Shown: one piece after another, positions 1 to 11,182 of the stretch | Position numbering within the stretch: the first letter of the stretch is position 1 | Layout: each line of letters starts with the position of its first letter | NCBI RefSeq assembly: GCF_009914755.1 | Contig: NC_060943.1 | DNA: 64,000 nucleotides | Origin: the human T2T-CHM13v2.0 reference genome, Homo sapiens | Reading direction: 5' to 3' (one strand) | Notes under the pieces: model-generated | What the model saw: the letters and a program-made list of their open reading frames with translations, nothing else | What the model was told of the DNA's origin: nothing | Database searches by the model: none | Position numbers and translations under genes: made by a program

Positions 1-96
1 ATTCAACTCACAGAGTTGAACGATCCTTTACACCGAGCAGACCTGAAACACTCTTTTTGTGGAATTTGCAAGTGGAGATTTCAGCCGCTTTGAGGT

Positions 97-113
97 CAAT
101 GGTAGAAAAGGAA
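97..113 (+). promoter_or_regulatory. pJ-alpha-type box position in the alternate (A-type) monomer, first copy
   Basis: CAATGGTAGAAAAGGAA occupies the position homologous to the CENP-B box in the partner monomer, as expected for A/B alternation in SF1. Confidence 0.65.
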
Positions 114-266
114 ATATCATCGTATAAAACTAGACAGAATGATTCTCAGAAACTCCTTTGTGATGTGTGCGTTCATCTCACAGAGTTTAACCTTTCTTTT
201 CATAGAGCAGTTAGGAAACACTCTGTTAGTAAAGTCTGCACGTGGATATTTGGACTTCTTTGAGGC

Positions 267-283
267 CTTCGTTGGAAACGGGT
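267..283 (+). promoter_or_regulatory. CENP-B box (first of ~188 box positions, one per dimer)
   Basis: CTTCGTTGGAAACGGGT matches YTTCGTTGGAARCGGGA with an intact nTTCGnnnnAnnCGGGn core. It recurs every ~340 bp; I counted about 18 copies with a core substitution. Confidence 0.95.
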
Positions 284-987
284 TTTTTTCATGTAAGTCT
301 AGACAGAAGAATTCTCAGTAACTTCCTTGTGTTGTGTGTATTCAACTGACAGAGTTGAACTTTCATTTAGAGAGAGCAGATTTGTAACACTGTTTTTGTG
401 GAATTTACAAGTGGAGATTTCAAGCGCTTTGGGGCCAAAGGCAGAAAAGGAAATATCTTCGTATAAAAACTAGACAGAATCATTCTCAGAAACTGCTCTG
501 TGATGTGTGCGTTCAACTCTCAGAGTTTAACTTTTCTTTTCATTCAGCAGTTTGGAAACACTCTGTTTGTAAAGTCTGCACGTGGATATTTTGCCCACTT
601 AGAGGCCTTCGTTGGAAACGGGTTTTTTTCATGTAAGGGTAGACAGAAGAATTCCCAGTAACTTCCTTGTGTTGTGTGCATTCAACTCACAGAGTTGAAC
701 GTTCCCTTAGACAGAGCAGATTTGAAACACTCTATTTGTGTAATTTACAAGTGTAGATTTCAAGCGCATTAAGGTCAATGACAAAAAGGAAATATCTTCG
801 TTTCAAAACTAGACAGAATCATTCCCACAAACTGCGTTGTGATGTGTTCGTTCAACTCACAGAGTTTAACCTTTCTGTTCATAGAGCAGTTAGGAAACAC
901 TCTGTTTGTAAAGTTTGCCAGTGGATATTCAGACCTCTTTGAGGTCTTCGTTGGAAACGGGATTTCTTCATATTCTGCTAGACAGAA

Positions 988-2005
988 GAATTCTCAGTAA
1001 CTTCCTTGTGTTGTGTGTATTCAACTCACAGAGTTGAACGATCCTTTACACAGAGCAGACTTGAAACACTCTTTTTGTGGAATTTGCAAGTGGAGATTTC
1101 AGCCGCTTTGTGGTCAATGGTAGAAAAGGAAATATCTTCGTATAAAAACTAGACAGAATGATTCTCAGAAACTCCTTTGTGATGTGTGCGTTCAACTCAC
1201 AGAGTTTAACCTTTCTTTTCATAGAGCAGTTAGGAAACACTCTGTTTGTAAAGTCTGCAAGTGGATACTCAGACCTCTTTGAGGCCTTCTTTGGAAACGG
1301 CATTTCTTCATATTATGCTAGACAGAAGAATTCTCAGTAACTTCCTTGTGTTGTGTGTATGCAACTCACAGAGTTGAACGATCCTTTACACAGAGCAGAC
1401 TTGAAACACTCTTTTTGTGGAATTTGCAAGTGGAGATTTCAGCCGCTTTGAGGTCAATGGTAGAATAGGAAATATCTTCCTATAGAAACTAGACAGAATG
1501 ATTCTCAGAAACTCCTTTGTGATGTGTGCGTTCAACTCACAGAGTTTAACCTTTCTTTTCATAGAGCAGTTAGGAAACACTCTGTTTGTAAAGTCTGCAA
1601 GTGGATACTCAGACCTCTTTGAGGCCTTCTTTGGAAACGGCATTTCTTCATATTATGCTAGACAGAAGAATTCTCAGTAACTTCCTTGTGTTGTGTGTAT
1701 GCAACTCACAGAGTTGAACGATCCTTTACACAGAGCAGACTTGAAACACTCTTTTTGTGGAATTTGCAAGTGGAGATTTCAGCCGCTTTGAGGTCAATGG
1801 TAGAATAGGAAATATCTTCCTATAGAAACTTGACAGAATGATTCTCAGAAACTCCTTTGTGATGTGTGCGTTCAACTCAGAGTTTAACCTTTCTTTTCAT
1901 AGAGCAGTTAGGAAACACTCTGTTTGTAAAGTCTGCAAGTGGATATTCAGACATCCTTGAGGCTGTCTTTGGAAACGGGATTTCTTCATATTCTGCTAGA
2001 CAGAA
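988..2005 (+). repeat. Run of 3 divergent D dimers, including a perfect 340-bp-period tandem duplication
   Basis: 1146-1490 is identical to 1486-1830. Rare markers: GATACTC, TATGCAAC, GAATAGG, CTTCCTATAG. There is a 2-bp deletion near 1879. Confidence 0.85.
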
Positions 2006-4044
2006 GAATTCTCAGTAACTTCCTTGTGTTGTGTGTATTCAACTCACAGAGTTGAACGATCCTTTACACAGGGCAGACTTGAAACACTCTTTTTGTGGAA
2101 TTTGCAAGTGGAGATTTCAGCCGCTTTGAGGTCAATGGTAGAAAAGGGAATATCTTCGTATAGAAACTAGACAGAATGATTCTCAGAAACTCCTTTGTGA
2201 TGTGTGCGTTCAACTCACAGAGTTTAACCTTTCTTTTCATAGAGCAGTTAGGAAACACTCTGTTTGTAAAGTCTGCACGTGGATATTTGGACTTCTTTGA
2301 GGCCTTCGTTGGAAACGGGTTTTTTTCATGTAAGGCTAGACAGAAGAATTCTCAGTAACTTCCCTGTGTTGTGTGTATTCAACTGACAGAGTCGAACTTT
2401 CATTTAGAGAGAGCAGATTTGTAACACTGTTTTTGTGGAATTTGCAAGTGGAGATTTCAAGCGCTTTGGGGCCAAAGGCAGAAAAGGAAATATCTTCGTA
2501 TAAAAACTAGACAGAATCATTCTCAGAAACTGCTCTGTGATGTGTGCGTTCAACTCTCAGAGTTTAACTTTTGTTTTCATTCAGCAGTTTGGAAACACTC
2601 CGTTTGTAAAGTCTGCACGTGGATATTTTGACCACTTAGAGGCCTTCGTTGGAAACGGGTTTTTTTCATGTAAGGCTAGACAGAAGAATTCCCAGTAACT
2701 TCCTTGTGTTGTGTGCATTCAACTCACAGAGTTGAACATTCCCTTGACAGAGCAGATTTGAAACACTCTATTTGTGCAATTTGCAAGTGTAGATTTCAAG
2801 CGCTTTAAGGTCAATTGCAGAAAAGGAAATATCTTCGTTTCAAAACTAGACAGAATCATTCCCACAAACTGCGTTGTGATGTGTTCGTTCAACTCACAGA
2901 GTTTAACTTTTCTGTTCATAGAGCAGTTAGGAAACACTCTGTTTGTAAAGTCTGCAAGTGGATATTCAGACCTCCTTGAGGCCTTCTTTGGAAACGGGAT
3001 TTCTTCATATTCTGCTAGACAGAAGAATTCTCAGTAACTTCCTTGTGTTGTGTGTATTCAACTCACAGAGTTGAACCATCCTTTACACAGAGCAGACTTG
3101 AAACACACTTTTTGTGGAATTTGCAAGTGGAGATTTCAGCCGCTTTGAGGTTAATGGTAGAAAATGAAATATCTTCGTATAGAAACTAGACTGAATGATT
3201 CTCAGAAACTCCTTTGTGATGTGTGAGTTCAACTCACAGAGTTTATCCTTTCTTTTCATAGAGCAGTTAGGAAACACTCTGTTTGTAAAGTCTGCAAGTG
3301 GATATTCAGACCTCTTTGAGGCCTTCGTTGGAAACGGGATTTCTTCATATTCTGCTAGACAGAAGAATTCTCAGTAACTTCCTTGTGTTGTGTGCATTCA
3401 ACTCACAGAGTTGAACGATCCTGTACACAGAGCAGACTTGAAACACTCTTTTTGTGGAATTTGCAAGTGGAGATTTCAGCCGCTTTGAGGTCAATGGTAG
3501 AAAAGGGAATATCTTCGTATAGAAACTAGACAGAATGATTCTCAGAAACTCCTTTGTGATGTGTGCGTTCAACTCACAGAGTTTAACCTTTCTTTTCATA
3601 GAGCAGTTAGGAAACACTCTGTTTGTAAAGTCTGCACGTGGATATTTGGACTTCTTTGAGGCCTTCGTTGGAAACGGGTTTTTTTCATGTAAGGCTAGAC
3701 AGAAGAATTCTCAGTAACTTCCTTGTGTTGTGTGTATTCAACTGACAGACTTGAACTTTCATTTAGAGAGAGCAGATTTGTAACACTGTTTTTGTGGAAT
3801 TTGCAAGTGGAGATTTCAAGCGCTTTGGGGCCAAAGGCAGAAAAGGAAATATCTTCGTATAAAAACTAGACAGAATCATTCTCAGAAAATCCTCTGTGAT
3901 GTGTGCGTTCAACTCTCAGAGTTTAACTTTTCTTTTCATTCAGCAGTTTGGAAACACTCTGTTTGTAAAGTCTGCACGTGGATATTTTGACCACTTAGAG
4001 GCCTTCGTTGGAAACGGGTTTTTTTCATGTAAGGGTAGACAGAA

Positions 4045-4384
4045 GAATTCCCAGTAACTTCCTTGTGTTGTGTGCATTCAACTCACAGAGTTGAACGATC
4101 CTTTACACAGGGCAGACTTGAAACACTCTTTTTGTGGAATTTGCAAGCGGAGATTTCAGCCTCTATGAGGTTAATGGTAGAAAATGAAATATCTTCGTAT
4201 AGAAACTAGACAGAATGATTCTCAGAAACTCCTTTGTGATGTGTGCGTTCAAGTCACCGAGTTTAACCTTTCTTTTCATAGAGCAGTTAGGAAACACTCT
4301 GTTTGTAAAGTCTGCAAGTGGATATTCAGACCTCTTTGAGGCCTTCGTTGGAAACGGGATTTCTTCATATTCTGCTAGACAGAA
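4045..4384 (+). repeat. C/D hybrid dimer (C skipped after B); same junction class at 15263 and 18323
   Basis: Starts GAATTCCCAG (C-type) but continues GAACGATCCTTTACAC instead of GAACGTTCCCTTAGAC. Confidence 0.85.
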
Positions 4385-6424
4385 GAATTCTCAGTAACTT
4401 CCTTGTGTTGTGTGTATTCAACTCACAGAGTTGAACGATCCTTTACACAGAGCAGACTTGAAACACTCTTTTTGTGGAATTTGCAAGTGGAGATTTCAGC
4501 CGCTTTGAGGTCAATGGTAGAAAAGGGAATATCTTCGTATAGAAACTAGACAGAATGATTCTCAGAAACTCCTTTGTGATGTGTGCGTTCAACTCACAGA
4601 GTTTAACCTTTCTTTTCATAGAGCAGTTAGGAAACACTCTGTTTGTAAAGTCTGCACGTGGATATTTGGACTTCTTTGAGGCCTTCGTTGGAAACGGGTT
4701 TTTTTCATGTAAGGCTAGACAGAAGAATTCTCAGTAACTTCCTTGTGTTGTGTGTATTCAACTGACAGAGTTGAACTTTCATTTAGAGAGAGTAGATTTG
4801 TAACACTGTTTTTGTGGAATTTGCAAGTGGAGATTTCAAGCGCTTTGGGGCCAAAGGCAGAAAAGGAAATATCTTCGTATAAAAACTAGACAGAATCATT
4901 CTCAGAAAATCCTCTGTGATGTGTGCGTTCAACTCTCAGAGTTTAACTTTTCTTTTCATTCAGCAGTTTGGAAACACTCTGTTTGTAAAGTCTGCACGTG
5001 GATATTTTGACCACTTAGAGGCCTTCGTTGGAAACGGGTTTTTTTCATGTAAGGGTAGACAGAAGAATTCCCAGTAACTTCCTTGTGTTGTGTGCATTCA
5101 ACTCACAGAGTTGAACGTTCCCTTAGACAGAGCAGATTTGAAACACTCTATTTGTGTAATTTGCAAGTGTAGATTTCAAGCGCTTTAAGGTCAACGGCAG
5201 AAAAGGAAATATCTTCGTTTCAAAATTAGACAGGATCATTCCCACAAACTGCGTTGTGATGTGTTCGTTCAACTCACAGAGTTTAACCTTTCTTTTCATA
5301 GAGAAGTTAGGAAACACTCTGTTTGTAAAGTCTGCAAGTGGATATTCAGACCTCCTTGAGGCCTTCGTTGGAAACGGGATTTCTTCATATTCTGCTAGAC
5401 AGAAGAATTCTCAGTAACTTCCTTGTGTTGTGTGCATTCAACTCACAGAGTTGAACGATCCTTTACACAGAGCAGACTTGAAACACTCTTTTTGTGGAAT
5501 TTGCAAGTGGAGATTTCAGCCGCTTTGAGGTCAATGGTAGAAAACGAAATATCTTCGTATAGAAACTAGACAGAATGATTCTCAGAAACTCCTTTGTGAT
5601 GTGTGCCTTCAAGTCACAGAGTTTAACCTTTCTTTTCATACAGCAGTTAGGAAACACTCTGTTTGTAAAGTCTGCAAGTGGATTTTCAGACCTCTTTGTG
5701 GCCTTCGTTGGAAACGGGATTTCTTCATATTCTGCTAGACAGAAGAATTCTCAGTAACTTCCTTGTGTTGTGTGTATTCAACTCACAGAGTTGAACCATC
5801 CTTTACACAGAACAGACTTGAAACACTCTTTTTGTGGAATTTGCAAGTGGAGATTTCAGCCGCTTTGAGGTCAATGGTAGAAAAGTAAATATCTTCGTAT
5901 AAAAACTAGACAGAATGATTCTCAGAAACTCCTTTGTGATGTGTGCGTTCAAGTCACAGAGTTTAACCTTTGTTTTCATAGAGCAGTTAGGAAACACTCT
6001 GTTTGTAAAGTCTGCTAGTGGATATTCAGACCTCTTTTAGGCCTTCGTTGGAAACGGGATTTCTTAATATTATGCTAGACAGAAGAATTCTCAGAAACTT
6101 CCTTGTGTTGTGTGTATTCAACTCACGGAGTTGAACGATCCTTTACACAGGGCAGACTTGAAACACCCTTTTTGTGGAATTTGCAAGTGGAGATTTCAGC
6201 CGCTTTGAGGTCAATGGTAGAAAAGGAAATATCTTCGTATAAAAACTAGACAGAATGATTCTCAGAAACTCCTTTGTGATGTGTGCGTTCAAGTCACAGA
6301 GTTTAACCTTTCTTTTCATAGAGCAGTTAGGAAACACTCTGTTTGTAAAGTCTGCAAGTGAATATTCAGACCTCTTTGAGGCCTTCGTTGGAAACGGGAT
6401 TTCTTCATATTCTGCTAGACAGAA

Positions 6425-6763
6425 GAATTCTCAGTAACTTCCTTGTGTTGTGTGTATTCAACTCACAGAGTTGAACGATCCTTTACACAGAGCAGACTTG
6501 AAACACTCTTTTTGTGGAATTTGCAAGTGGAGATTTCAGCCGCTTTGAGGTCAATGGTAGAAAAGGGAATATCTTCGTATAGAAACTAGACAGAATGATT
6601 CTCAGAAACTCCTTTGTGATGTGTGCGTTCAACTCACAGAGTTTAACCTTTCTTTTCATAGAGCAGTTAGGAAACACTATGTTTGTAAAATCTGCACGTG
6701 GATATTTTGACCACTTAGAGGCCTTCGTTGGAAACGGGTTTTTTCATGTAAGGGTAGACAGAA
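6425..6763 (+). repeat. A/B hybrid dimer (one dimer deleted from the HOR)
   Basis: A-type through GCAGTTAGG (~6670), B-type from GGATATTTTGACCACTTAG (~6700-6720), followed directly by a C dimer. Confidence 0.85.
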
Positions 6764-9700
6764 GAATTCCCAGTAACTTCCTTGTGTTGTGTGCATTCAA
6801 CTCACAGAGTTGAACGTTCCCTTAGGCAGAGCAGATTTGAAACACTCTATTTGTGCAATTTGCAAGTGTAGATTTCAAGCGCTTTAAGGTCAACGGCAGA
6901 AAAGGAAATATCTTCGTCTCAAAACTAGACAGAATCATTCCCACAAACTGCGTTGTGATGTGTTCGTTCAACTCACAGAGTTTAACCTTTCTGTTCATAG
7001 AGCAGTTAGGAAACACTCTGTTTGTAAAGTATGCAAGTGGATATTCAGACCTCCTTGAGGCCTTCATTGGAAACGGGATTTCTTCATATTCTGCTAGACC
7101 GAAGAATTCTCAGTAACTTCCTTGTGTTGTGTGTATTCAACTCAGAGAGTTGAACGATCCTTTACACAGAGCAGACTTGAAACACTCTTTTTGTGGAATT
7201 TGCAAGTGGAGATTTCAGCCGCTTTGAGGTCAATGGTAGAAAAGGGAATATCTTCGTATAGAAACTAGACAGAATGATTCTCAGAAACTCCTTTGTGATG
7301 TGTGCGTTCAACTCACAGAGTTTAACCTTTCTTTTCATAGAGCAGTTAGGAAACACTCTGTTTGTAAAGTCTGCACGTGGATATTTGGACTTCTTTGAGG
7401 CCTTCGTTGGCAACGGGGTTTTTTCATATAAGGCTAGACAGAAGAATTCTCAGTAACTTCATTGTGTTGTGTGTTTTCAACTGACAGAGTTGAACTTTCA
7501 TTTAGAGAGAGCAGATTTGTAACACTGTTTTTGTGGAATTTGCAAGTGGAGATTTCAAGCGCTTTGGGGCCAAAGGCAGAAAAGGAAATATCTTCGTATA
7601 AAAACTAGACAGAATCATTCTCAGAAAATGCTCTGTGATGTGTGCGTTCAACTCTCAGAGTTTAACTTTTCTTTTCATTCAGCAGTTTGGAAACACTCTG
7701 TTTGTAAAGTCTGCACGTGGATATTTTGACCACTTAGAGGCCTTCGTTGGAAACGGGTTTTTTTCATGTAAGGGTAGACAGAAGAATTCCCAGTAACTTC
7801 CTTGTGTTGTGTGCATTCAACTCACAGAGTTGAACGTTCCCTTAGACACAGCAGATTTGGAACACTCTATTTGTGCAATTTGCAAGTGTAGATTTCAAGC
7901 GCTTTAAGGTTAACGGCAGAAAAGGAAATATCTTCGTTTCAAAACTAGACAGAATCATTCCCACAAACTGCGTTGTGATGTGTTCGTTCAACTCACAGAG
8001 TTTAACCTTTCTGTTCATAGAGCAGTTAGGAAACACTCTGTTTGTAAAGTCTGCAAGTGGATATTCACACCTCCTTGAGGCCTTCGTTGGAAACGGGATT
8101 TCTTCATATTCTGCTAGACCGAAGAATTCTCAGTAACTTCCTTGTGTTGTGTGTATTCAACTCACGGAGTTGAACGATCCTTTACACAGAGCAGACTTGA
8201 AACACTCTTTTTGTGGAATTTGTAAGTGGAGATTTCAGCCGCTTTGAGGTTAATGGTAGAAAATGAAATATCTTCGTATAGAAACTAGACAGAATGATTC
8301 TCAGAAACTCCTTTGTGATGTGTGCGTTCAAGTCACAGAGTTTAACCTTTGTTTTCATAGAGCAGTTAGGAAACACTCTGTTTGTAAAGTCTGCAAGTGG
8401 ATATTCAGACCTCTTTGAGGCCTTCGTTGGAAACGGGATTTCTTCATATTCTGCTAGACAGAAGAATTCTCAGTAACTTCCTTGTGTTGTGTGTATTCAA
8501 CTCACAGAGTTGAACGATCCTTTACACAGGGCAGACTTGAAACACTCTTTTTGTGGAATTTGCAAGTGGAGATTTCAGTCTCTTTGAGGTTAATGGTAGA
8601 AAATGAAATATCTTCGTATAGAAACTAGACAGAATGATTATCAGAAACTCCTTTGTGATGTGTGCATTCAAGTCATAGAGTTTAACCTTTCTTTTCTTGG
8701 AGCAGTTAGGAAACACTCTGTTTGTAAAGTCTGCAAGTGGATATTCAGACCTCTTTGAGGCCTTCGTTGGAAACGGGATTTCTTCATATTCTGCTAGACA
8801 GAAGAATTCTCAGAAACTTCCTTGTGTTGTGTGTATTCAACTCACAGAGTTGAATGATCCGTTACACAGTGCAGACTTGAAACACTCTTCTTGTGGAATT
8901 TGCAAGGGGAGATTTCAGCCGCTTTGAGGTCAATGGTAGTAAAGGAAATATCTTCGTATAAAAACTAGACAGAATGATTCTCAGAAACTCCTTTGTGATC
9001 TGTGCGTTCAACTCACAGAGTTTAACCTTTCCTTTCATAGAGCAGTTAGGAAACACTCTGTTTGTAAAGTCTACACGTGGATATTTCGACTTCTTTGAGG
9101 CCTTCGTTGGAGACGGGTTTTTTTCATGTAAGGCTAGACAGAAGAATTCTCAGTAACTTCCTTGTGTTGTGTGTATTCAACTGACAGAGTTGAACTTTCA
9201 TTTAGAGAGAGCAGATTTGTAACACTGTTTTTGTGGAATTTGCAAGTGGAGATTTCAAGCGCTTTGGGGCCAAAGGCATAAAAGGAAATATCTTCGTATA
9301 GAAACTAGACAGAATCATTCTCAGAAAATGCTCTGTGATGTGTGCGTTCAACTCTCAGAGTTTAACTTTTGTTTTCATTCAGCAGTTTGGAAACACTCTG
9401 TTTGTAAAGTCTGCACGTGGATATTTTGACCACTTAGAGGCCTTCGTTGGAAACGGGTTTTTTTCATGTAAGGGTAGACAGAAGAATTCCCAGTAACTTC
9501 CTTGTGTTGTGTGCATTCAACTCACAGAGCTGAACATTCCCTTGACAGAGCAGATTTGAAACACTCTATTTGTGCAATTTGCAAGTGTAGATTTCAAGCG
9601 CTTTAAGGTCAATGGCAGAAAAGGAAATATCTTCGTTTCAAAACTAGACAGAATCATTCCCACAAACTGCGTTGTGATGTGTTCGTTCAACTCACAGAGT

Positions 9701-9822
9701 TTAACTTTTCTGTTCATAGAGCAGTTAGGAAACACTCTGTTTGTAAAGTCTGCAATTGGATATTCAGACCTCCTTGAGGCCTTCGTTGGAAACGGGATTT
9801 CTTCATATTCTGCTAGACAGAA

Positions 9823-11182
9823 GAATTCTCAGTAACTTCCTTGTGTTGTGTGTATTCAACTCACAGAGTTGAACGATCCTTTACACAGAGCAGACTTGAA
9901 ACACACTTTTTGTGGAATTTGCAAGTGGAGATTTCAGCCGCTTTGAGGTTAATGGTAGAAAATGAAATATCTTCGTATAGAAACTAGACAGAATGATTCT
10001 CAGAAACTCCTTTGTGATGTGTGAGTTCAACTCACAGAGTTTATCCTTTCTTTTCATAGAGCAGTTAGGAAACACTCTGTTTGTAAAGTCTGCAAGTGGA
10101 TATTCAGACCTCTTTGAGGCCTTCGTTGGAAACGGGATTTCTTCATATTCTGCTAGACAGAAGAATTCTCAGTAACTTCCTTGTGTTGTGTGCATTCAAC
10201 TCACAGAGTTGAACGATCCTTTAAACAGGGCAGACTTAAAACACTCTTTTTGTGGAATTTGCAAGCGGAGATTTCAGCCTCTTTGAGGTTAATGGTAGAA
10301 AATGAAATATCTTCGTACAGAAACTAGACAGAATGATTCTCAGAAACTCCTTTGTGATGTGTGCGTTCAACTCACAGAGTTTAACCTTTCTTTTCATAGA
10401 GCAGTTAGGAAACACTCTGTTTGTAAAGTCTGCACGTGGATATTCAGACCTCTTTGAGGCCTTCGTTGGAAACGGGATTTCTTCATATTCTGCTAGACAG
10501 AAGAATTCTCAGTAACTTCCTTGTGTTGTGTGTATTCAACTCACAGAGTTGAACGATCCTTTACACAGAGCAGACTTGAAACACTCTTTTTGTGGAATTT
10601 GCAAGTGGAGATTTCAGCCTCTTTGAGATTAATGGTAGAAAATGAAATATCTTCGTATAGAAATTAGAAAGAATGATTCTCAGAAACTCCTTTGTGATGT
10701 GTGCGTTCAACTCACAGAGTTTAACCTTTCTTTTCATAGAGCAGTTAGGAAACACTCTGTTTGTAAAGTCTGCAAGTGGATATTCAGACCTCTTTGAGGC
10801 CTTCGATGGAAACGGGATTTCTTCATATTCTGCTAGACAGAAGAATTCTCAGTAACTTCCTTGTGTTGTGTGTATTCAACTCACAGAGTTGAACGATCCT
10901 TTACACAGGGCAGACTTGAAACACTCTTTTTGGGGAATTTGCAAGTGGAGATTTCAGCCTCTTTGAGGTTAATGGTAGAAAATGAAATATCTTCGTATAG
11001 AAACTAGACAGAATGATTCTCAGAAACTCCTTTGTGATGTGTGCGTTCAAGTCACAGAGTTTAACCTTTCTTTTCATACAGCAGTTAGGAAACAATCTGT
11101 TTGTAAAGTCTGCAAGTGGATATTCAGACCTCTTTGTGGCCTTCGTTGGAAACGGGATTTCTTCATATTCTGCTAGACAGAA
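9823..11182 (+). repeat. Run of 4 D (hybrid) dimers
   Basis: Four consecutive dimers with an A-type front and a GGATATTCAGACCTCTTTG...GGGATTTCTTCATATTCTG end, with no B or C dimer between them. Confidence 0.8.

Noticed and set aside
239-244. CACGTG E-box in A and B dimers but generally not in C or D
   Set aside because: A 6-bp motif that is simply a class-diagnostic variant; nothing in the sequence supports factor binding.
10801-10817. CTTCGATGG box variant (F subtype) as CENP-B box loss
   Set aside because: The change is at a non-core position; the TTCG, A and CGGG core bases remain intact.
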